A DNA stretch of 38,144 bases from an uncultured Pseudomonadota bacterium (GTDB lineage Bacteria; Pseudomonadota; Alphaproteobacteria; CACZRW01): assembly GCA_902783675.1 (NCBI GenBank), contig CACZRW010000002.1, positions 1-38,144 of the forward strand, given 5' to 3'. The stretch's first letter is position 1, and each line of letters begins with the position of its first letter. The position numbers were made by a program, and so were the translations under genes. Of this stretch, positions 20,859-27,091 are shown one piece after another. Below the pieces are notes generated by a model. It searched no databases. It saw only the letters and a program-made list of their open reading frames with translations, and had not been told where the DNA came from.

Positions 20859-21440
20859 CTAGGCATTCGCTCTTAAAAGAGCAAGCTTCGTCGTAAAGGC
20901 ATTAGTGTTAGCCTCGCCGCCTTCAAGCATCGCTGCGAACGCCTCTGCCACATCGCCAAGGATAAAGGGCAGCTCCTCTGCCTGTTCTTTGGAAAACTTG
21001 CTTGTGACATAGGAGATTACTTCCTGCCCGTTTTTCGGGTGGTCGATACCAAGGCGAATCCGCACATATCCTTGCCCGATGGCGGCATCAATGCTTTTAA
21101 GTCCGTTATGTCCCGCGTTCGAGCCTCCGCGCTTTGCCTTCACCTGTCCGAAGGTCAAGTCCAAGTCGTCATGCACGACAATGACATTATCCGGGGGGAT
21201 TTTGTAAAAGCTAACTGCCTCGCCCACCGCTTTGCCGGACAAGTTCATAAAGGTCAAAGGCTTTAAAAGATAAACTTTTTCGCCGGCGATTCGCCCCTCT
21301 GCCCACAAGCCGTTAAACTTAGGCGCAAAAGAGGAAAAGCCATAACTTTCGGCAATCGTATCCGCTGCCATAAAGCCAAAATTGTGGCGGGTCGCAGCAT
21401 ACTCCGCACCGGGATTGCCCAAACCCGCCACCAGAAACAT
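20859..21440 (-). CDS. pth: Peptidyl-tRNA hydrolase
   Basis: FLVAGLGNPGAEYAATRHNFGF and GHNGLKS motifs. The ATG at 21440 is preferred. The GTG at 21449 directly abuts the rplY stop. Confidence 0.95.
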   Translation of the reverse strand: MFLVAGLGNPGAEYAATRHNFGFMAADTIAESYGFSSFAPKFNGLWAEGRIAGEKVYLLKPLTFMNLSGKAVGEAVSFYKIPPDNVIVVHDDLDLTFGQVKAKRGGSNAGHNGLKSIDAAIGQGYVRIRLGIDHPKNGQEVISYVTSKFSKEQAEELPFILGDVAEAFAAMLEGGEANTNAFTTKLALLRANA

Positions 21441-21449
21441 TTGGCTCAC

Positions 21450-22127
21450 CTATTCCTTAGCGCCTTCGCCGGCACCGGCAGCGGCTTTATCACCGGCAGC
21501 AGCGGCAGCAGCATCAGCGGCAGCAGCCTCGGCCTCGGGTGTAACCTCGGGCTCTTCGGCTTTAGGTTCGTGGATGGTGATAATAGTAACTTCACCTTCT
21601 TCTTCGGGTTTAACACCTTCGGGAAGTTTAAGCATGGAAAGGTGGATAGCATCGCCGATATCAAGGGCGCTTACATCAACTTCAATATGCTCGGGAATAG
21701 CGTCAGGCTTACACATAACCGCCAATTCACGGATATTAATGTTGGCAACACCGCCTTTTTTAATACCGACGCAGTTATCTTCGCCCACGAACAGGAACGG
21801 CACTTCAACGCGGATAGCAACATTCTTATCGACGCGCAAGAAGTCAAGGTGGGTAGGTCTGTTTAGGATAAGGTCGCGTTGGATATCGTGGCAAATCACG
21901 CTATGCGCATCGCCGCCTTCAATTTCCAGCTCATAAACGCGAGTCCTAAAGCCGGGCTTGCGCAGTTCGTTTGCCAAATCGACAGCATCAACCGAGAACA
22001 TCACGGGAGCTTTCTTTCCGCCGTAGATTACGCCGGGGACTCTTCCCTCGCGACGTTCTGCACGAGCTGCCCCTTTGCCTGCCTTCGTGCGCAGTTTTGC
22101 TTTTAAAACATTTTCTTTTTTAGTCAT
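21450..22127 (-). CDS. rplY: 50S ribosomal protein L25 / general stress protein Ctc, with Ala/Glu-rich C-terminal tail
   Basis: N-terminus contains R..GKGAARAERREGRVPGVIYG, followed by a two-domain Ctc-type body. The prs-rplY-pth-ychF order is conserved. Confidence 0.95.
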   Translation of the reverse strand: MTKKENVLKAKLRTKAGKGAARAERREGRVPGVIYGGKKAPVMFSVDAVDLANELRKPGFRTRVYELEIEGGDAHSVICHDIQRDLILNRPTHLDFLRVDKNVAIRVEVPFLFVGEDNCVGIKKGGVANINIRELAVMCKPDAIPEHIEVDVSALDIGDAIHLSMLKLPEGVKPEEEGEVTIITIHEPKAEEPEVTPEAEAAAADAAAAAAGDKAAAGAGEGAKE

Positions 22128-22221
22128 TTTAAATCCTTTGTTAGATATTTAGATTAATTTATGGTAATGCGCCAGCCTCCAAGGGTGTCCGTCACATACC
22201 GCTTTTCCTGCTTTATAAAAG

Positions 22222-22260
22222 CTTTACAAAGCAAGAGCGGGATTCATACGCCAATCCCGC
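22222..22260 (-). terminator. Probable intrinsic terminator downstream of prs
   Basis: An 8-bp stem GCGGGATT (22237-22244) / AATCCCGC (22253-22260) has an 8-nt loop. On the minus strand it is followed by the moderately U-rich tail TCTTGCTTTG. Confidence 0.45.
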
Positions 22261-22301
22261 CCAAAAAGCAAGCAAAAAATCAAAGAGTTATTTGCCTTAG
22301 C

Positions 22302-23222
22302 CTACTCTTTTCCGAAGCACTTGTTTATGGCGGTGACTAAAGGTTCGGCGGCAGAGACATAGCGGATTTTGCTCGAAACGGGACCTTTGGGGCAAATGCT
22401 GTCCGTCACTACGACTTCTTTTAAAGGCGAAGAGTCAATGCGTTCGCCCGCTTTGCCCGAAAAGACGCCATGGCTGGCATAGGCTCTTACCGACTTTGCC
22501 CCGCGCTCCATAAGCGCCGCCGCCGCGTTGCAAAGCGTCCCCGCTGAATCAATCATATCATCAAGCAAGACGCAATCTCTGCCTTCAAAATCACCGATGA
22601 CATTCATCACCATAGACTCGCCGGGTCTCGGGCGTTTCTTGTCCACCACGGCATAGCCCGCGCCCAAAAGCTCGGCCGCAAACCGCGCCTTTTTCAAAGC
22701 TCCGAAATCAGGCGACACAATCACCACATCTTCGGGCTTTTTAAAGTTCGCTTTTATGTCGTCAAGCAAGACGGGCAAGGCGTAGACATTCTTTATCGGC
22801 ATATCAAAAAAGCCAAGCAGCGTCTCGTTATGAATATCCATGGTCAGCACATAATCCGCACCCATGATTGAAATCATATCCGCCACGACCTTGGAGGAAA
22901 TAGGGCTTTGCGGATGCACGCGCCTGTCCTGCCTTGCATAGCCGTAATAAGGCACCACAACCGTAATGCTGCCCACGGGAATGCGCCGCATTGCGTCCAT
23001 AATCAAAAGCAGTTCCATAAAGTTGTCGTTCATGGTATTTTTAGGCGAGCCGGCAATTGATTGCACTACGATGCAATCCTCGCCCTGCAAGTCATCGGAA
23101 AGCTCAATCTGCAGCTCCCCGTCCGCGAAAGTGGTAATATTGCTTGCCGACAGCTTCACGCCGAGCTTTTTAGCAATTGCTTCTGCCAAAGGTCTGTTGC
23201 CGTTTCCGGATACTATTTTCAT
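22302..23222 (-). CDS. prs: Ribose-phosphate pyrophosphokinase
   Basis: MKIVSGNGNRPLAEAIA, PYYGYARQDRR and VLLDDMIDSAGT motifs. The ATG at 23222 has GGGGGGA upstream. The track start at 23339 is over-extended. Confidence 0.95.
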   Translation of the reverse strand: MKIVSGNGNRPLAEAIAKKLGVKLSASNITTFADGELQIELSDDLQGEDCIVVQSIAGSPKNTMNDNFMELLLIMDAMRRIPVGSITVVVPYYGYARQDRRVHPQSPISSKVVADMISIMGADYVLTMDIHNETLLGFFDMPIKNVYALPVLLDDIKANFKKPEDVVIVSPDFGALKKARFAAELLGAGYAVVDKKRPRPGESMVMNVIGDFEGRDCVLLDDMIDSAGTLCNAAAALMERGAKSVRAYASHGVFSGKAGERIDSSPLKEVVVTDSICPKGPVSSKIRYVSAAEPLVTAINKCFGKE

Positions 23223-23343
23223 TTTCTCTGTTCCCCCCTTTATCATTATCATTGTGACGCATGGTATTATAGCGCGTTTTTGCGAAAGCGGTATAACAAA
23301 ATTGCTATTTAAAGGCAAGGGGTGAGGGGCATTCCTCATTATT

Positions 23344-23385
23344 TATAAAAATCCCCCCGCCACATCGGGCAAGGGGACTTTTTGG
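23344..23385 (-). terminator. Intrinsic terminator of porin gene 1
   Basis: On the minus-strand RNA, AAAAAGUCCCC-loop-GGGGGGAUUUUU is followed by AU-rich sequence. It lies 23 nt after the stop and is paralogous to the structure at 24795-24831. Confidence 0.65.
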
Positions 23386-23407
23386 TTTTTCCTTAAACTT
23401 CCGAAAA

Positions 23408-24589
23408 TTAGAAGGTAAGGGCAAGACCGGTAACAACCGTCCAAGCGTCTTGGTCGGCGAAGCCGAAAGCTTCTTTAAGGCGGCTTTCAACATTCAAATC
23501 AATGTAACCGAATGTTGCAAAAGCGTTCACGCCGGCACCGAGCTTGTAGCTGCCGGAAACTTGGTAAATGTCAAGCTTCGGCATCTTGTAACCAAGGTTC
23601 TTACCCGCTCTGGACGCAAACCAGCTTGCGCTTACGGCATAAGGTCCGTTTTCATAACCGACACCAACATCAAAGGCCTGCGAGTCTTTCATTTCTTTTA
23701 TGCCATAATCGCGCAGTTTATAGCCTGCTCCGAAGGTAAAGCCCGAAAAGCCGACATTCAAACCTGCGGCATATTCGTTAATAGCCTTATTTCTTTCGCC
23801 GTTGGGAAGCGGACCGGTAAAAAGAGAGTTACCATAAGTAACATCGGCACCAAGGGTTACAGGGCCTACTTTGCCGTCATAAGCAGCGCTTACAGTATAA
23901 GATCTGTTAAAATTACGCTCCTGTGCAACAACTGTGCTGTTCATAGCTCCGCTGCCACCGACAAACGGTCTTGCGTAACGTGTGCCGGGAGTATAGGTAG
24001 CGCCTACTTGGAAGCCATAGAACTTCGGCGAGAAGTAAGAAATCTTTTGTGCGTTACCATCTTCATTAACGGTGGTTGAATCCAAAATATCAAAATCAGA
24101 TATGCTTACAGGACCGAAAGGTGGTACATAATGAGGAGTGTTCATATATTTGGCAAAGCCCATCCAGTTTACAAGCTTTGACTTGTCGGTGCCCCATACG
24201 CCGGAAGCGTCCATAACTTCGTGGTGCAATTTCACGGCAGCGTTGCCGGTAGCGCCGATTTCCACTTTGCCATACTTGCTTTCGCCATAGGCAAAGACCT
24301 CGCTGAGCCATCCGGTTTGCTGCAAGTTGGAAACGTTAAGCTCGGCAATCGCACCGAACTTCATGCCGTTGTCAAGCTTTGTTTCGGCCGAGAAAATTAC
24401 TTGTCCGTCCGTGCCGAGAGCAAACTTGTTTACGGGAGTTCCGATGTCCTTTTCGGAAAGGTCGGTATAGCCCATAAAAGCGTTCAAATAACCACCGACA
24501 GAGAGCTTTAACGGTGTAGCGGCCTCGGCAGCAGCGGCGAACATACCGGCAGCAAGCAAAGCCGTAGAACCATAAAGAACTTTTTTCAT
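23408..24589 (-). CDS. Outer-membrane porin (alphaproteobacterial Porin_2/Omp2-RopA-like), paralog 1
   Basis: Signal peptide MKKVLYGSTALLAAGMFAAAAEA, alternating beta-strand pattern and C-terminal ..TGLALTF. SD AAGGA lies 9 nt before the ATG at 24589; the track start at 24595 is too close to the SD. Confidence 0.85.
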   Translation of the reverse strand: MKKVLYGSTALLAAGMFAAAAEAATPLKLSVGGYLNAFMGYTDLSEKDIGTPVNKFALGTDGQVIFSAETKLDNGMKFGAIAELNVSNLQQTGWLSEVFAYGESKYGKVEIGATGNAAVKLHHEVMDASGVWGTDKSKLVNWMGFAKYMNTPHYVPPFGPVSISDFDILDSTTVNEDGNAQKISYFSPKFYGFQVGATYTPGTRYARPFVGGSGAMNSTVVAQERNFNRSYTVSAAYDGKVGPVTLGADVTYGNSLFTGPLPNGERNKAINEYAAGLNVGFSGFTFGAGYKLRDYGIKEMKDSQAFDVGVGYENGPYAVSASWFASRAGKNLGYKMPKLDIYQVSGSYKLGAGVNAFATFGYIDLNVESRLKEAFGFADQDAWTVVTGLALTF

Positions 24590-24763
24590 TATCATGAATC
24601 CTTAAAAATAATTATTAAAAACTTTCGCGCAAAACCGATGCGCGAATCCGAGCGTAAGCATAATGTTCTATCTTTAATAGTAAACACATCTTTCAAGTGG
24701 ATTTAGCATTTTTTCGCCGTACTGTGTCTTTTTTACAACAAAGTGACTTCGTCCCCAGTTTAT

Positions 24764-24795
24764 AACCTTAACCCTTAACCCTTAAACCTTAAACC
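24764..24795. repeat. CCTTAA(C/A)-type short-period repeat, 32-mer identical to 32519-32550
   Basis: AACCTTAACCCTTAACCCTTAAACCTTAAACC contains no G on the + strand. An exact second copy lies 7.7 kb away. Confidence 0.9.
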
Positions 24796-24831
24796 ACAAA
24801 AATCCCCCCGCCGCGAGGGAGAGGGGATTCT
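24795..24831 (-). terminator. Intrinsic terminator of porin gene 2
   Basis: On the minus-strand RNA, GAAUCCCC-15 nt loop-GGGGAUU is followed by UUUGUGGUUU. It lies about 27 nt after the stop. Confidence 0.65.
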
Positions 24832-24857
24832 TTGGTTTTTCCTTAAACTTCCGAAAA

Positions 24858-26045
24858 TTAGAAGGTAAGGGCAAGACCGGTTACGATTGTCCAAGCGTCT
24901 TGGTCTTTGACGGTTTCATCCGTAAGAGCTTTAACATCTCTGACATTCAAGTCGGCATAACCGAAAGTTGCAAAAGCACTTACGCCCGCACCGAGCTTAT
25001 AGCTGCCGGAAACTTGGTAAATGTTGAACTTTGGCATCTTTGCGCCGGCAATTTTACCCGCTTTGGACATAAACCAGCTTGCGCTGATGGCATAAGGTCC
25101 GTTTTCATAGCCGACACCGACATCAAAGGCTTGAGAATCTTTAACGCCCTTTGTGCCATAATCGCGAATCTTATAGCCTGCGCCCATGGTAAAGCCCGAG
25201 AAGCCGACATTCAAACCGGCGGCATATTCGTTAACATGCTTGCCGTCATCGGGCTTTACATTACCGTAAGCCACATCTGCACCAAGGGTTACAGGGCCCA
25301 TTTTGCCGTCATAAGCAGCACTTACGACATAAGCTCTGTTAAATTTACGATTGTCGGCAACAACCGAGCTGTTTGAAGCTCCGGCACCGGTTTCAAACAA
25401 TCCCGCACCATCAGAATCAGACCCCGGAACATAAGAAGCCCCTACGTGGAAGCCATAAAACTTCGGCGTGAAGTAAGAAATCTTTTGTGCATTCCCGTCT
25501 TCATTGATAGCGGTAGAATCCAAAAGACCAAACCCGCCAATCGTTGCCGTATCGCCGGAAATCAACTCAAACGGAGTATTGATATAATCGGCAAATCCCA
25601 GCCAGTTTACAAGCTTTGACTTGTCAGTGCCCCATACATGGGAAGCATCCATAACTTCGTGGTGCATTTTCACGGCAGCGTTATCGGTAGCACCCATTTC
25701 CATTCTACCATATTTGCTTTCGCCATAGGCATAAACATCGCCAAGGTAGTCAACATCTTGCAAAGAGCTGATGTTAAGCTCGGCAACCGCGCCGAACTTC
25801 ATACCGTTGTCAAGCTTTGTTTCGGCCGAGAAAACGACTTGTCCGTCCGTGCCGACGGCAAACTTGTTGATAGAGCTTGGCATAATGGTATCCCGAAAAT
25901 CCTTAGAAGAAAGGTCGGTGTAGCCCATGAAAGCGTTCAAGTAACCGCCGAGAGTAAGCTTTAACGGTGTAGCAGCTTCGGCAGCGGCGGTAAACATACC
26001 GGCGGCAAGCAAAGCCGTAGAACCATAAAGAACTTTTTTCATCAT
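24858..26045 (-). CDS. Outer-membrane porin (Porin_2-like), paralog 2
   Basis: It is roughly three-quarters identical by eye to paralog 1, with the same signal peptide and the same C-terminal TGLALTF. Differences cluster in discrete blocks. SD AAGGA lies 10 nt upstream. Confidence 0.85.
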   Translation of the reverse strand: MMKKVLYGSTALLAAGMFTAAAEAATPLKLTLGGYLNAFMGYTDLSSKDFRDTIMPSSINKFAVGTDGQVVFSAETKLDNGMKFGAVAELNISSLQDVDYLGDVYAYGESKYGRMEMGATDNAAVKMHHEVMDASHVWGTDKSKLVNWLGFADYINTPFELISGDTATIGGFGLLDSTAINEDGNAQKISYFTPKFYGFHVGASYVPGSDSDGAGLFETGAGASNSSVVADNRKFNRAYVVSAAYDGKMGPVTLGADVAYGNVKPDDGKHVNEYAAGLNVGFSGFTMGAGYKIRDYGTKGVKDSQAFDVGVGYENGPYAISASWFMSKAGKIAGAKMPKFNIYQVSGSYKLGAGVSAFATFGYADLNVRDVKALTDETVKDQDAWTIVTGLALTF

Positions 26046-26228
26046 AATACTAAAATCCTTATATAAAAGTTGTTAATCCTTTCGCACAAAACCAAATGCG
26101 CGAACACAACAAAAGCGTAAGCCTCTGTTTTTCATAGTAAATACATCTTTCGGCTAGGTTTTGTCGCTTTTTTGCCCCAGTGTGTCTTTTTTGCCACATA
26201 AGCAGGCGGCCGTGATTTTTAAATCTTG

Positions 26229-26291
26229 CTTATAAACTTATAAGCTTATAAGCTTATCAACCAATAACCCTTAACCCTTAACCTTTAACCC
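26229..26291. repeat. Compound short-period repeat: 4 x 8-mer CTTATNNN (26229-26260) then CCCTTAA-type array (26264-26291)
   Basis: CTTATAAA CTTATAAG CTTATAAG CTTATCAA is followed by ATAACCCTTAACCCTTAACCTTTAACCC. ATAAGCTTAT is itself palindromic. The array ends 10 nt before the response-regulator ATG. Confidence 0.85.
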
Positions 26292-26301
26292 AAGTTTTAC
26301 C

Positions 26302-26973
26302 ATGGCATCAGGACGCAGATTTTTACTTTTTTCCGAAAACTCCCTTTTTGCCGAGGCGCTTAAAGAGCAAATTGCGGCGCTTCCCGAGACCAAAGGGCTG
26401 GAAGTGACTTCCTCGTTTAAAGAGGCGGTTGATTTGGCGAAAAAGGATTTTTTTGACGCTGCCATCGTGAATGACAGCATTGAGCTTTGCGAAGGGTTAA
26501 GAAAGACGGGCTTTGATCGCACGATTATTCTTATTGCCCCCGCGTCCAAAGAGCCCGAGGATGATACTTCCGTCAGCGATTTTATAGAGACGCCGCTTCG
26601 GTTTACGGCCTTTGCCTCGCGTCTTTACCACAGCATTATCAGCCACGAGAACCAAGATAAAAAGGGCTTCGTCGTGGGCTACTTTACCTTTAATCCCAAG
26701 ACCAGAACCGCCAAGTCCAACCTTGATTCTCGTGAGTATCCGCTTACCGAGAAAGAGGCGGATATTCTCACTTATCTTTACCGTGCCGAGGGTAAAACCG
26801 TGGATAAAGACACGCTTTTGCGTGAGGTATGGGGCTATAACGCCGAAGTCGCCACGCACACGCTGGAGACGCATATTTACAGATTAAGGCAGAAAATCGA
26901 CCTTGATCCCAGCCACCCTTTGATTATTTGCGACGAAGGGGGATATAGGCTGGTTAACGAGCAAAAACAATGA
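26302..26973 (+). CDS. OmpR/PhoB-family winged-helix response regulator with degenerate (probably phosphorylation-independent) receiver domain
   Basis: The C-terminal trans_reg_C pattern is clear (LTEKEADILTYLYRAEGKTVDKDTLLREVWGY..THTLETHIYRLRQKI..GGYRL). The receiver has SE in place of the DD pair, IVND at the phospho-acceptor strand and ETP in place of KP. There is no obvious SD and no adjacent histidine kinase. Confidence 0.8.
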   Translation: MASGRRFLLFSENSLFAEALKEQIAALPETKGLEVTSSFKEAVDLAKKDFFDAAIVNDSIELCEGLRKTGFDRTIILIAPASKEPEDDTSVSDFIETPLRFTAFASRLYHSIISHENQDKKGFVVGYFTFNPKTRTAKSNLDSREYPLTEKEADILTYLYRAEGKTVDKDTLLREVWGYNAEVATHTLETHIYRLRQKIDLDPSHPLIICDEGGYRLVNEQKQ

Positions 26974-27088
26974 GGAATTAGGAATGAATAAGTAGGAATG
27001 ATTGCGTTTTTGCTTCCCGCAAAAACAAGATTTATATTTTCTCATTTCTCATTCCTCATTCCTCATTCCTCATTTCTCATTCCTCATT
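26966..27088. repeat. Palindromic heptad-array intergenic element, copy 3
   Basis: Five in-phase heptads (AACAATG/AGGAATT/AGGAATG/AATAAGT/AGGAATG) lie at 26966-27000. The core has stem 27006-27013 / 27019-27026. The right arm is 6.5 x CATTYCT at 27043-27088. The element fills the whole gap between two convergent stop codons (26971-26973 and 27092-27094). Confidence 0.9.
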
Positions 27089-27091
27089 ATC

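Noticed and set aside
24764-24795. CCCTTAA-type repeats as true telomeres or evidence of a linear replicon or eukaryotic contamination
   Set aside because: The tracts are short (about 20-32 nt), internal, scattered between intact bacterial operons, and present in several degenerate forms. They resemble telomeric repeats only in composition.
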